Shown: positions 39,728 through 54,330 of the stretch, piece by piece
Numbering within the stretch: the first letter of the stretch is position 1
Layout of the letters: every line of letters starts with the position of its first letter
Origin: Octopus vulgaris
Lineage: Eukaryota
Reading direction: 5' to 3'
DNA: 64,000 bases
NCBI GenBank assembly: GCA_951406725.2
Contig: OX597816.1
Location: forward strand, 2,852,001 to 2,916,000
The notes under the pieces: generated by a model
The model's input: the letters and a program-made list of their open reading frames with translations, nothing else
Database searches by the model: none
What the model was told of the DNA's origin: nothing
Position numbers and translations under genes: made by a program

Positions 39728-40167
39728 CTGATGATGATGATAATAATAGTAATGGTTTCAAATTTTGGCACAAGAGCAGCCATGTTTTTAGAGTAGTGGG
39801 TAGGCGATTACATTGAACCCCAATGCATAACTGGTACTTATTTTATCGGATCCGAAAGGATGAAAAGCAAAGATGAACTCGGTGGAATTTGAGCTCATAA
39901 TGTGAAGAGCCGAAAGAAATGTCGCAAAGCACAGAGCTCCAAATTTTGTAGAAGGGAGTAGTTAAATAAAACGATTCTATTACTTAACTAGTATTTAACC
40001 AACCCCGGAGGTTGAAAGACGAAGCGGACCTCAGAGAGATGGGATTTGAACTCAGAGCGCAAATGGATGCAGTTATATACCACAAAACAACTTGTCCCGT
40101 GTGCTCCCTATTCGGCCCCTCGCCGAGCACTAACGGAAGTACTTTTTATTTCTTTAGACCTGCCTGT

Positions 40168-40365
40168 AAGGTGGCGAGCTGGCAGAATCGTGAGCGCGTC
40201 GGACAAAGGGCTTAGCGGCATTTCTTCCACCTCTGTACGGTCTGAGTTCAAATACCGCCGAAGTCAACTTTGCCTTTCCTTCGGGGTCGATAAACTAAAG
40301 CACTAATCAATTACTGAGATCGGTGTAAGTGGCTTGCCCGTCCCCTCAAAATTGCTTTCCTTGAA
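40168..40365 (+). mobile_element. SINE family 2
   Basis: aaggtggcgagctggcagaatcg...gagttcaaatacc. Confidence 0.75.
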
Positions 40366-40574
40366 CCCAGGGGAACGTTGTGATCTCGGTCAACCGGGAA
40401 ACAGGGCGACGGGCCTCATGGGACTTGGGACTCGAGAGAAACAAAGCCCCTGCGTCTGAAGCAAAAAGAAAAACTGGCCATCTGACTCTGGTTTGCTCAT
40501 TTTTCTCATACGGTCAAATATTTAGAAATAGAGAAAGCAAACATAATTTTAGAAAGCGAACGATTATGTTAGAC

Positions 40575-40858
40575 TGGCTCTCCGTCGGTTACGAGGAGGA
40601 GGGTTTCAGCTGATCCGATCAATCGAACAGCCTGCTCGTGATGTGGCTGAGCACACCACAGACATACTCTTTACGTAGTTCTCAGGGTGTTTCAGCGTGA
40701 CACAGAATGGGACAAAGCTGCCCCCCATTGAATTACTGGTACAACTCATTTTTACCAGCTGAGTAGAGTGGAGGAACGTGAAATAAAGTGTCTTGCTCAA
40801 GGTCACAACGCGCTGCCGGGAACCGAATGCCCTAACCACTAAACCACGCACCTTCACT
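40575..40858 (-). mobile_element. SINE family 3
   Basis: Reverse-complement match to 56783-57108. Confidence 0.75.
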
Positions 40859-41007
40859 GCGGTTATGTTAAGAGGGGCACCTGGCACCCCCAAGAGAAAG
40901 GTCTTGCTGCTAGTATTGTGGTGCGATCGCGGCCAACAAGTTTAGTTCTTTTATAATAATCAAATCTACGAAGCATTATGACGATGTCACAGTGTGTATG
41001 ATATAAC

Positions 41008-41378
41008 TGTGGAGGCGCAATCGCCCAGGGTTAGGGACGTGGACTCGCGGTTTCGATTCCCAGATTGGGCGTTGTGAGTGTTTATTGAGCGAAAACACTT
41101 TAAGCTCCACGATGATCCGGCAAGGGGTGGTGGCGAACCCTGCTGTACTCTCTCACACCACAACTTTCTCTCACTCTTTCTCCCTGTTTCTGTTGTACCT
41201 GTATTTCAAAGAGCCGGCCTTGTCACACTCTGTGTCACTCTGAATCTCCCTGAGAACTATGTTAAAGGTCAATGTGTCTGAGGAGTGCTCAGCCACTTGC
41301 ACGTTAATTTCACGAGCAGACTCTTCCGTTGATCGGATCAACTGGAACCTTAGTCATCGTAACCGACGGAATTCCACG
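41008..41378 (+). mobile_element. Chimeric SINE: family-4 head plus family-3 tail
   Basis: 41008-~41190 matches 31196-~31380, and the remainder matches 56920-57108. Confidence 0.8.
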
Positions 41379-42297
41379 ATATAATGAAGTCATAGCTAGA
41401 AGAGGAACAACAATTCTTGGCTTTTCAAGGTTGAGTTTATTAACTGCTCTCATTGGAAAAGTTGTTGCGATAAACAGGCGCTCAGTACTAAACGGGGGAG
41501 GAGGAGGAGAATAATTCAGGCGCCCAGTACTAAACGGGGAGGAGGGAGGAGAATAGTTCGTATTTGTTTAACATTGGTTAACATCGACACAGACTGCGGT
41601 GGGGGTGGGGTGGGGTGGAATTGTAAGTGTTAGTGTCGAGAGTGGAGACAATTGTGTGGCGTGTATGCGTGTATGCGTGTGTGTGTGTGTGTGTGTGTGT
41701 CTCCTTTCCTCTCAAAATCCAAGAAGTCTCAAAGCAGTTTTGCTCCATCTTGCAAAAATTCCTTTCGGAGCCACGCTCTGGGACTACATCATTCAATGTG
41801 ATTTAAGGAAGATTTGGCTGCTATTTCTGGGAAATTGACTGAACCTACTTAAGTTCCCTCGTCATTAGTCTAGTTGATGCCCAACAAAAGACAAAACAAA
41901 GCAAACAAACCATATATGGTGATTTCATTTCTTACGCCAATTTCGTTATGTACAAGTGTGTGCGTGTGTGTGTGTGTGCCTGTGTAGAAATGCATTTGTG
42001 TGTAAACGCACATATTTATGTGTGTGTGTGTGTGTGTGTGGTTTGCATCCACGTTATTTTGCTTTGTTATTTAAGTTTAAACAACACTCAAGAGTTGCAT
42101 CATTCTTAGTCAAGAAGTGACCACTTCAAATCACTCCCCCCCTCTCCCTCCCTCCTTCTCCCCCCCTCCCTCATCTTTTTTTTCTTCCTTCTTTGCCTTC
42201 CTTCTTCTTCGCTTCCAGCCTCTTTCTTGCTGCTGTGAGTGACGGAGATGTCGACGGTTCGAACCTTGTCACTGCTGCTGCATTGCATCTTCTACAA

Positions 42298-42490
42298 CAG
42301 TGATTTTCAACTGCGGCCCCCGAGCATCCTTCCACCGGTCCTCCACTCTATAAATATAACTTTTTCTTTAACTGACTTGTATCTTACCCTTTCTTTTATG
42401 CAGTTCCCTTAAAAAGAGGGGGAAAAAAAAGAAAGAATCCAGGTTTTGGATGGGATCTGACCCGAATATTAAAATGGTTGAAGGCCTCTG
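42298..42490. mobile_element. Decayed hAT/Charlie-like MITE
   Basis: cagtgattttcaac ... ggttgaaggcctctg, with a partially matching 8-bp flank ttctacaa/gtccataa. Confidence 0.4.
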
Positions 42491-42829
42491 GTCCATAACC
42501 AACACACTGACTCAGTAAAACAGCTGCCCCTAGCTCAGTGGTGTCACATACACTTAATTACAAGAGACAAATCATTTGAGCTGGAACGCTCATATGTCAT
42601 CTTCGACGGGAGGGTCTCTATTATCACCAGCATCATCATCATCATTATTGTTATTAAAGGCAGCAATCTGGCTCAATGGCGTAGAGCTCACTACCGGAAG
42701 CTGTGTGAAAAACCGCAACAAACGCCATCGGGTTCGACATTCTTACAGTTCGGTCGATCAATGGCCCTTACGAGGCAGGGTTATTAACGTGAAAATATAT
42801 TGATCGGATATATCGACAAAATTATAAGC

Positions 42830-43208
42830 GGTGTAACCATGTGGGTGAGAAAACCGATTTGGAATCACGAGGTTCCGGTTTCGATTATACTGAACTCTGC
42901 CTTACACAAATGTCATAATGTCATATACACACCTTGGGCAAGTGTCTTCTACAATAGCTTCGGGCCGACCAAAATCCCTGTGAGTGGATTTGGCAGACGG
43001 AAACTGCAAGAAACCCGTCGTACATGTATGTGTCTGTGTGTCTGTTTATCCTGCAACATCACTTGACAACCGATGCTGGTGTGTTTACGTCCCCGTAACT
43101 TAGCGGTTCTGTAAAAGAGACCGATAGAATAAGTACAAGGCTTACAAAGAATAAACTTGACAAAATGCGGTCCTCCAGCATGACCGCAGTCAAATGACTG
43201 AAACAAGT
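42830..43208 (+). mobile_element. SINE family 1
   Basis: Homologous to 76-442. Confidence 0.8.
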
Positions 43209-43254
43209 ATATATATATGCCTTCGTCTTTTGTTTATTTTCATAAAGCTTCCCG

Positions 43255-43315
<61 letters not shown>

Positions 43316-46103
43316 TGTGTATGCGCTTGTATTTGTGTGCATTCTTGTCTTGCCATCAACTGACGGTTGTAGATGAACGTTACCGTTATACTAGCGATGT
43401 TGTTTATTTCCAGTCCTCTGTGAAAGAAAAAAAGCATGTCTGGCAATAGGGAAATATTTCCTCTTGGAAACAGACAAAGTTTTGGTCGCGGGAACGGCGT
43501 GCAGCCATAGAAAGTTTGTCCCAACAAATTTCTGTCTGACCGATGCAGGCATGGAAAAGTGTACGTGAAACTTTGATAGAAATGTTTGATAAACCCTTTG
43601 GTTGTAAAAGATCTCCGTTACATAGAGTAACACTTTCTTTGATTTTTATTGAGACAGAATTATTTAGAAAATAACCTCAGAATTATTTCAAAATAAACAG
43701 AAAAGCGGCGTGGGGGTGGGGCATGATGTTATCACTGAGAAACTGAAGACAAAAGCCAGGTCTGGGATTCAGGAGAAATTCGGTGATATTTATCTAATTG
43801 GCATTTTTACCTTTCTTATCTGGGCAAAGCTAGGAATCATCGTAGATTAGAGTTTGGCTGAACCTGACTTTGAGGATTGAAGAAGGAAGAAGTTATTTAT
43901 AGAATTTCAAGAGTCAGAGTCGATAAAAGGGTTGAGTGAGGGGTCAAGGAATGAGTGGAGCAACTACTCTGGCTCATCTTCTGCATGAAACACACACACA
44001 CACAGAAAAGGAATGGAAGAATTACTCTGGCACGCCTTCTGCATGAAACACCCACCCACACACATTTAAGAGCAATTTGGATATACGTGATAGAAAGAGA
44101 GAACACAATACGCTTGCCATGGCAAAAGTGCTTTGATCCCGGACGGGGATCCTTTAAATCAATATGTGTGGGGGATGGGGGAGGGGATGCGTGTCGCTTT
44201 TAGAGTTTATCTTCGATCGACCCAATTCGAATCTGATTTAGAAATCCTCAGTCGAAACAATAAGAGCCATACTTTGCTTCGATCAGTTCGATCACTTCGA
44301 CCACCTCCAAAAGAGATTCAATATATTGCTGAATCAATATCGAGACAATATTTCTCTCATCGGTTCGATATTTCACTGTGTAGGGGGCGCTGGCTGCAGT
44401 TGATCTACTTTACGCCGATACTTCATTTCCAGGGGATTCTATTTTCAGAATGTAAAGGGAAGTAAATAGACTGGCGCAATGCACTTTGTTCGACGCACTA
44501 CCGATATGTGAAAGTGCCAGTTTTAGTGGCTGGAATATTGCACCCACGAGTGTATGGTCGTAGTTTCGATTCCCGAACCGGGTGGTGCGTTGTGTTCTTG
44601 AGCAAGACACTTCGTTTTATGCAACTCCAATCCACCCAGCTGTAAATGAGTTCCTTGTTGTTGTTGTTGGGCAACAAGACGAGTAAGGGTGATTACGTGA
44701 TGGTCTAGGGCTTATGGGCGGGAGACCCCAGACCTTGGAAAAAAAAAAAACTTTGGTCGTCTTGTAGTCGAGGGCTCTTCGTTGACGCCGGACACCACTT
44801 GGAGGTGGCCCTCGAAGTCGCTGGAAATGGAGATCTCCAGGTCCAAATTCTTGAACGGCTGAATTCCAGCGATAACTGGGTGATTAATCTGGTGGAGGAC
44901 TGACGTTCCGTCCAGGAGAGAGTGTTGTAATATCAGTCACTTAAACGCCATGGAAATCGATTAATCTCAGGCCTTATAAGTCCTGAAGCTCATGACCGAC
45001 CAAGGTCTAAACCTACTGATCAATCTATTCCCTGCTAATCAATAAATAATAAATATTATTGACCAAAACCTTCTCAAGAAATTTGTCAGAAAGAAACTAT
45101 GGAAGTCAGTCGTTTCTGTTGTGTTGTAACCTTAATCCGAAACTGTAAGGACAATCGGGAAACTTGACTGATGAGAGAAGGCCACGAATGTGTGTGTGTG
45201 TGTGTGTGTGTGTAATTCAAAATATAAACAATAATTAATCATAAAATAAATTTTTATTTTTCAAAAGAAAATTAAACTAAATAATGTTTATTTTTGTACA
45301 TTCCCACTTTATATTCGAAAAAGTTTTCTCCTTAATTGGAAAGTCGTTGTGTAAATCTTCATTATGACACCAAGAACACTTCAGAATTATATTTTATATC
45401 ATAAAAACCACTCTGAATTTTATTTTAGTTTAAAGTTGTATCATTTGTGCCGTAAGCCATTTACTATTTCTGTGGTGACCCCACTTTTGCTTCATGGTTA
45501 ATTCAGCGTTGTATATTAGCGTATAAAACAATGATGGTACTTTCCACTCTAGGCTCAAGACCTACAGTTTAGGGTGGTGGTGGGTAGGGGACTTGTTGAT
45601 TACATCCACCCCCAGTTCTCAACTCTTGAAGAGATGAAAGGCAGAATTGATCTCGGCGGTATTTGAACAGCAACAACAACAACAATAATACTTGCAGAAT
45701 TACATTTTCTCTTCCCTTGTTGGTGATTTCGTTTAAAGTTTAAAGCACAGTTGACCTTTAAAGAATTGCGGTCGTATGTGCGTGTGTATACGTACGTTTA
45801 AATGTGCGTGTGTGTGTGTATGTGTAAATGTGTGTGCATGTACGCCTACCCCCCATTTACATGTAAGGCGTAAATTATATATATGTGTGTGTGTGTGTGT
45901 ATGTTTGTGTGTGTGAATGTATGTATGTATGTATGTATGTATGTATGTATGTGTATGTGAATGTATGTATGTGTGTGTGTGTGTGTGTGTGTATAAGCAG
46001 GCGTGTGTGTGTGCTGCTGTGTAACGTAATAGTCTCTGCGAAGAAATAATGGGAACAGCAGCTCATTAAATATAGTGTAGAGTGTGAGAGAGGGAGGGTG
46101 GGG

Positions 46104-46142
<39 letters not shown>

Positions 46143-46356
46143 GGAACCCTTATTAGCCAACCAGCCAACCAACCGTCAGCCCCACCATTGGCCCCATTAA
46201 GAGCCACTTTCTCCGATTCCACTTTCTCTTCCACTGTCTACAGAACTCCATCAGTTACACCATCATCATCATGGTGGTAGAGTGACACTATAACATAACT
46301 ATCCTCCCACTACACACACACACACTCACACACACACACATAGGTACGTATATGCA

Positions 46357-46551
<195 letters not shown>

Positions 46552-46618
46552 CTCGGTCTCTGTCTGTCTGTCTCTCTCCTTCTCTCTGTCTCTCTCTCAC
46601 TATATATATATATATACA

Positions 46619-46763
46619 CCTATTTCTTTACTACCCACAAGGGGCTAAACGCAGAGAGGACAAACAAGGACAGGCAAACGGATTAAATCGATTATATCGA
46701 CCCCAGTGCGTAACTGGTACTTATTTAATCGACCCCGAAAGGATGAAAGGCAAAGTCGACCTC
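46619..46763 (-). mobile_element. SINE family 2, 3' half
   Basis: Reverse complement of 62770-62910. Confidence 0.8.
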
Positions 46764-46793
46764 ATAACGAAATTACAATCTTGTGATCATACG

Positions 46794-46864
<71 letters not shown>

Positions 46865-47975
46865 GCATGTATGTGGAGGTGCGCGGTTTAGCAATTAAGG
46901 TGTTTCAGTCATGATCATAAGATTGTGGTTTCGATTCCTGGGCCGTGCGACCTGCTGTGTCCTTCAAGAAACTGCTTCACTGTTGCGTCCACCGTTCAAG
47001 GCCCGACCAATATGGAGCGGAGTGCAGAAAGGGAAACGAAGATAAAGAAACATGCGCGCACACACGCACACACACACGCACACACACACGTACACACATA
47101 CACACACGTACACACACACATACACACACACTCACACACGCACACACACGCGCACACACACACACACATACACACATACACACACGCACGCACACACACA
47201 CATACACACACACTCACACACGCGCACACACACACACATACACACTCACACGCACACACACACTCACACACACACACTCACACAACCACCTCCATTACCC
47301 CACCGCGGCTATCCTCTACCACCACGACGACCACGACGACCACCACCACTACTTCCACCACCACCATTTCATACCAGACCCTACCATCCATATAGTCTCC
47401 ATCTTTAGGCAGAGAGAGGCACCACTTCAACTGGTGTTGCTGCTGCTTTAAGTTGTACCAGTTAAGGATGCCGTTCTTTAATGGCAACAGAATACTTTTA
47501 ACTTACTGAAATAAACCCCCCCCTACCACCACCACTCCACCGCTTTCTATCTTACTCTTCCCGCCCCTCTCTCCTCCCCTTCCTCCCTCTCCCTCTCTCT
47601 CTCTCTCTCTCAAAGACCTCTAAGGTAGATGCATATCTTTTCGCCCTGAAACCAACATCATTCTCCTACTACACAACCAAAATATCAGCCACAACAGAGC
47701 AGTCAGCTGTTACTACGAGCACAACTATAAACCCCATCCTCCCCCCTTTCGCACCCACTTTTAACACACACACACACACATACACACACACACACACAGA
47801 CCCAAATCCTCAACCAACAGGGTATGCGCGCTATGTTGTATTTATCTATTTGTCAAGAGATCCTGTTTATTCTATTTCAACGGGAGTCAATCCAGTCATC
47901 TACGACGCTACTTAACAAAATCTGTGACCTTGTACTATTGCAAGGAATGTTGAGTGCTGGAAATGAATGAAGCTA

Positions 47976-48017
<42 letters not shown>

Positions 48018-48027
48018 TATTAAAAAA

Positions 48028-48085
<58 letters not shown>

Positions 48086-48088
<3 letters not shown>

Positions 48089-48350
48089 AATGTAAAAAAA
48101 TACAAACTGGGACAAGAACGTGAAACATTTAGAAGACGATACAAAAAACACGGACGGGACATTCGAAGCCTTCAATCTTCAGTCAAGAACCGGATCATCT
48201 TCGCAATTTCGGCTGATTAATCTTGAGATTGCTCTGATCTGGCCAGCCCAAAGGAAAATCTAAGCCAAGCGCATTAGATTCCTTGGAAGAAAGCCTCGAA
48301 TGTATACAAAACAAGGACGGAAAACCGGACTATGTTACACGAATAAAAAT
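48086..48350. mobile_element. (TA)n-embedded insertion, possibly Penelope-like
   Basis: Complex segment bounded by (TA)n on both sides. Confidence 0.45.
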
Positions 48351-48356
48351 ATATAT

Positions 48357-48387
<31 letters not shown>

Positions 48388-48405
48388 CGTATATATATAT
48401 ATATA

Positions 48406-48803
48406 GGTGCAGGAATACTGTGTGATAAGTAGCTTACTTACCAACCACATGGTCCCGGGTTCAGTCTTATTGTGTGGCACCTTGGCAGGTGTCTTCTACT
48501 ATATCCTCGGGCCGACCAAAGTCTTGTGAGTGGATTTCGTCGACGGAAACTGGAAGAAGCCCGTCATATATATATTATACGCACGCACACACACATACAT
48601 GTTTGTATGTCTATATTTTGTCACCTCCACCATCACTTGACAAGCGATGTTGGTGTGTTTACATCCCCGTAACTTAACGATTCGGCAAAAGAGACCGATA
48701 GAATAAATACTAGGCTTACAAAGAATAAGTCCAGGGATCGATTTGTTTGACTAAAGGCGGTGCTCCAGCATGGCCGCAGTCAAATGACTGAAAAGAATAA
48801 AAG
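48406..48803 (+). mobile_element. SINE family 1, full length
   Basis: Homologous to 76-442, with head ggtgcaggaatactgtgtgataagtagc. Confidence 0.88.
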
Positions 48804-48852
48804 AAATATGTATGTATGTATGTGTGTATGTATATATGTATGTATGTATGTA

Positions 48853-48886
<34 letters not shown>

Positions 48887-50265
48887 AATACTCACACAAT
48901 TTAAGAAAGAGCTACAAATAGTTCCTTGCTTCGGAAATACAATAATTTGGCGGATTTATATAAAATTCCATGTGTCCCCTTTCGGCAGTCTTTCAGGCTC
49001 TGTACATATCGTGACTACGCTGATGATATACGCTAATCACCATCGTATTTCGTTATTAGAGAACAACTTCCCCGTTCAAACGATATGTTTTTAAAACAGA
49101 CTTGATTCACTGAACGTAAGAGGACTTTGAGACACAGACGTTTCGATTTGGTTTCCTCTCTTCAGTCAATGAATCAGAGAGTACAGAAAGGCGGAGCAAA
49201 TATCGCAAGAAGAGTTTTTGAATGAAATTTAGCTTGGCGGAAGAAAACTACCTTCGGGTTCCTGGATGAGAGTTGGGGGTCACCTTAAAATTCGAAAGTG
49301 CTGAGCTCTTTGTTTTTTTTTGTTTTTTTTCTAGAGAGAGGGTCCCGGCAAATAGACACGAGTTCTTTCTTCACTCTCTGGGCCCTGCACCGCCGTTGTA
49401 TTGGTCGAACCTCTACCCCACCCCTCTTAGAGGCCCTAATCACCAGACATTCAATCCGATGCTCCAGTGACTCTTATTCCCCATTTTAAGGACGACATGG
49501 TCCACTTTGATAAAGCATCCGTTCCCATATTTTTGACGTTGTGCAGACATTAGAACTCAATGTAATGATTTATATTAATTTGTATGGTAATTAATTTTAA
49601 TTAATCTATTTACCCATTAATTTCTGTTAATTTATCGTCGTTGGTTTTGAGATCCTCGACTTCCCCGAATCATTCTATCAAGTTTCCAAATGATTTTACA
49701 AACTATTGTTATCAATTCTACAAATTTGCCGCTTGTGTTGGCACAGTGCCGATGTGCCAGTCGACAAAAGAGACCTGGTGTCTAAGTTAGACACAAGGCT
49801 GAGAAAAGGCAACCACTGATTCCATCGACACCTTATTTTATCAACCCCGAAAAAATGAAAGGCAAAGTTTACCCCCTGCAGAATTCGAACTCGGAACTCA
49901 TAGAGCCAAAGTAATTCCGCTAAGCATTTTATCAGGTGCCGAAAACTGTGCCTTGAAATCTTTTTATATTGCATTCTTAGAGATTAACGTCGGTAAATGT
50001 GAACCGATTCTTTCGACAGGAGTCAGACATTATTGGGTAGAAACAAAGTTGGAAAAAATTTGGATAATTTTATACGAGACTCTGAAGTATTGGTAATAGG
50101 AGATTCCTGAAAGTGGTGCCAGGGTGTTGTTGTAAGGGGTTTTATAAGGGTGTTGGCATTGCTGGGGGGTTAACCCCATTATTGGAATGCAATGGAAGAA
50201 TGAAAAGTAAGTGATCTTCTGTCGTTTGGTGCAATTTTAATCGGGTGTTTTTTTTAAAAGTCGGC

Positions 50266-50303
<38 letters not shown>

Positions 50304-50605
50304 GGAGGTGAGGATGGGGGAGCCGGGATGTAGACGAAAAGAGAAAAAAAGTATATAAATGAGTTGAAAGAAATTAGGTCACATGACGACGACTTGGCGG
50401 TGAACGTTTGCTCGACTTTCGAAAACACCAAAAACTGTAGCGAAAGCAGCCGAGGAATTCTATAGCAACATCTAAACACAAACGATTACCAGAATATTGA
50501 TAATAATACCAATATATTTATACAGAGAACTACCCATCTGCACACCTACAAACACACGCGCATATATAACACACCTACAAAACACAGCACCGACTCCAAC
50601 GAACG

Positions 50606-50663
<58 letters not shown>

Positions 50664-51038
50664 CATGTGCACATACTTAAAGGCGGTGCACCAGTATGGC
50701 CGCAGCCATAATAGCTAAAATATACCAAAACAAATGAAGAGAGAGTGAGAAACATAAAAGTTGGCAGCCGACATCAATTTTTAAAGGACGTAAGTAATGA
50801 AATAGTTTTGTTTGTTATGAAAGACCACAACAGTAGCAGCAACAACAACAGCTAAAAGGCTCGTGCAGTAGTAATAAGGTGTTGTTTTTGTTGAAACAAC
50901 CGCATGTATATAGACAAGCACACTAACCTATAGGTTTTCGATAGGATTAATGAATTTATTAATTAACAGCAAAACCCGAATCTTAATTAATTAAGAAATA
51001 CCCGTGTTTAAAGTTTCTCTGAAAGAATTATCATGTTG

Positions 51039-51679
51039 CGTGTGTGTGTGTGTGTGCATGTATGTGTATGTATATGTGTATGTATGTATGTGTATGTATG
51101 TATATGTATGTGTATGTATGTATGTATGTGTATGTATGTATGTATGTATGTGTATGTATGTATGTGTATGTATGTATGTATGTGTATGTATGTATATGTA
51201 TATGTATATATATGTATTTATGTATGTGTATGTATATTTGTATGTATGTATATATGTATATATGTATGTATATATGTATATATATATATGCATATATATG
51301 CATGTATATATATATGTATATATGTATATATATATATAAGTATATATATGCATGTATATATATATGTATATATGTATATATATATATAAGTATATATATG
51401 CATGTATATATATATATATGTATGTATATATATATTTATATATATATATATATGTATGTATATATATATTTATATATATATATATATATGTATATCTTTA
51501 TATATATACACATGTATATATATGTATATATTTGTATGTGTATGTATATGTTTATATATACATATGTACACAAACGCACATGTATATATCCGTATACTTA
51601 CAAATATGTACGTGTGTGCATGTATACATTCACAAACGCACATATATATGTATATTATTAAACACTCTCACACACACAC

Positions 51680-51730
<51 letters not shown>
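51039..51730. repeat. Compound TG/TATG/TA/GA microsatellite
   Basis: Seen directly. Confidence 0.95.
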
Positions 51731-51733
<3 letters not shown>

Positions 51734-52284
51734 CTTCGAGTGAATTCAATTGATTATGTCTTTCCTTCCTTCACAAATCTTTCCTTATTTATTAAAGAGA
51801 AACCAATGTCGTCAGTTCTTCTAATGTTTATTTCCGTTTTCTTTTGCACCCTTACAATGGCTGCAGAGTAAGGGATCATATACGCGAGGGAGTGAGTGAT
51901 AAGGTGTCTGTGTGTCTGTGTGAGAGTCCTGACATCACCGGATTGTTACAAACGAGCGTCACTGTCATACAAGCGGCACATCTCGTTCACATTCTTCCCT
52001 GTGAACATGTCTGGCCATGGGTTGGTGACAGGAAGGGCATCCGGTCACAGAAACTCTTCCTCAACGAATTCCATCCGAACCATGCCAGCATGTAAAAAGA
52101 AAAATGGATGTTAAAACGATGACGATGATTGCATAACTTAATGCAGCGGCCCTGATTCTTACAAGAACCAGTTCCACGACCCCCCTCCCCAACGCTCCAA
52201 AATGATGTGATTCCCTTCCTTTCTACGACAAAATAACGATTGCATTCTTATAATCCTTCATTCTTCGCCATGATGTTGGACTAA

Positions 52285-52681
52285 TCTTTATATATAAAAG
52301 AGAGGTTGTGTGGTGTCTGTCTCCTACGATTTAGATTCCTAACTACTCCCACATTTTGCGGTGCAGTGTTACCAAAAGCGGGTATCTTATAGTCGTGATT
52401 CATATCGAGCCCTTCTGGGTATTAGCGCGCGTCTGCGATGAGTCTACGATTTAAAAAGAAAATTACCATAATTTTTCCGCATTTTTAATGCATTTTCGCT
52501 CGGTTTATATAAGGGAAGTAACTCTAAAAATGTATTATTTAATCTCGGAGCGTAAAAAGCTACAGTAAACCCCCCCCTTGTGGTTAGCCATATTGAGATG
52601 GCTATTATACTTTACATCTCTAAAAATGCTTATATAGTTATTTCCCTTACAAACCCGAGCAACGCCGGGCGATACTGCTAG
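52285..52681 (+). mobile_element. Non-autonomous Helitron, family A
   Basis: a|TCTTTATATATAAAAG ... CCCGAGCAACGCCGGGCGATACTGCTAG|t. Confidence 0.88.
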
Positions 52682-53070
52682 TATATATATAAGCTTAAAA
52701 ACAGTTATTTTTATTGGCCTCTCAGGAATCCGCTCCGCGTCTTTGGAATTTTTGAAGCTGTTGCAAAACAACCAGCCTCAAGTGGTTCCACTGAGTGGCT
52801 GAGGTGTTGCACTCGCTATCGTGAGATCGTGGTTTCGAGTCCCGACCGAGCAGACTGTCATGTCCTTGGGCAAAACACTGCATTTCACGTTGCCCCATGT
52901 CACTTCCCTGGCAAGAACAGGTCCCAGCAAACAGCTGGGAAGTCAACCCTGCGAGGGACTAGCGTCCCGTTCTGTGGGTAACGCAATCACTTCCATGCCA
53001 CGAAAACTGGGTTTAAGTTCTGGCTTTATGAGTCCTAGGGATCACGATGAAGCCCTTAGTTTATTTGTAA

Positions 53071-53460
53071 CTAGCAGTATCGCTCGGCGTTGCTCGGGTT
53101 TGTAAGGGAAATAACTATATAAGCATTTTTAGAGATGTAAAGTATAATAGCCATCTCAATATGGCTAACCACAAAGGGGAGGGTTACTGTAGCTTTTTAC
53201 GTTCTGAGATTTAATAATGACTTTTTAGAGAGTTACTTCCCTTATATATGCCAAAAATGCATTAAAAATGGGAAAAAATGATGGTAAATCTTTTTTAAAT
53301 CGTAGACTCATCGTAGACGCGCGCTAATACCCAGAAGGGCTCGATATGAATCACGACTATAAGATACCCGGTTTTGGTTACACTGCACCACAAAATGTGG
53401 GAGTAGTTAGGAATCTAAATCGTAGGAGACAGCTCACAACCACACTTTTATATATAACGA
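53071..53460 (-). mobile_element. Non-autonomous Helitron, family A
   Basis: Inverted homolog of 52285-52681 with the same termini and an A|T target. Confidence 0.88.
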
Positions 53461-53943
53461 TTGTTCAAGAGGTTCATTAACCACTGACCTCGGAGGGCTT
53501 CCAAGGGCCTTTCTTCCCCCAACAAATCATTAAACAAAATATTGCTTATGGCGAACGTTGTGGGTAGGCGGTGCAGGGTGGACACCGTTTGGCTGTTACC
53601 CAGAGTTCAATTCTCGATCAGTTATGCTTTGCCTTGTCCTAAAGCTGATGTCCCAAAGAAGGCTCCACAAGTGTTTCAAATGGTTATCGTTCCGTTTCTC
53701 GTTTCTTATCTTGCTTTTTACTTTCAGAAAAGATTCCATTGGAAACGTCCATTTACTCCCTTTTCTTTTCCTCTTTTCGGCGCAACATTCACTCTGCTCA
53801 TCATTCATTTTGTGTGCGTGTGTGGGGGGGGGGAGGTATTTATATTTTGTCCACTTTCCGAATTCTTGTCTACCTGGTGTAACCCCTCACTTTGCCCAAC
53901 TGTCCACTTCTTATATTCCTCTCGTTCCATTTGTATCATTTCA

Positions 53944-54330
<387 letters not shown>

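Noticed and set aside
48150-48190. Hammerhead on the minus strand (CTGAAGA...CGAATGTC)
   Set aside because: GAAA is not intact and stems I and III cannot be drawn convincingly.
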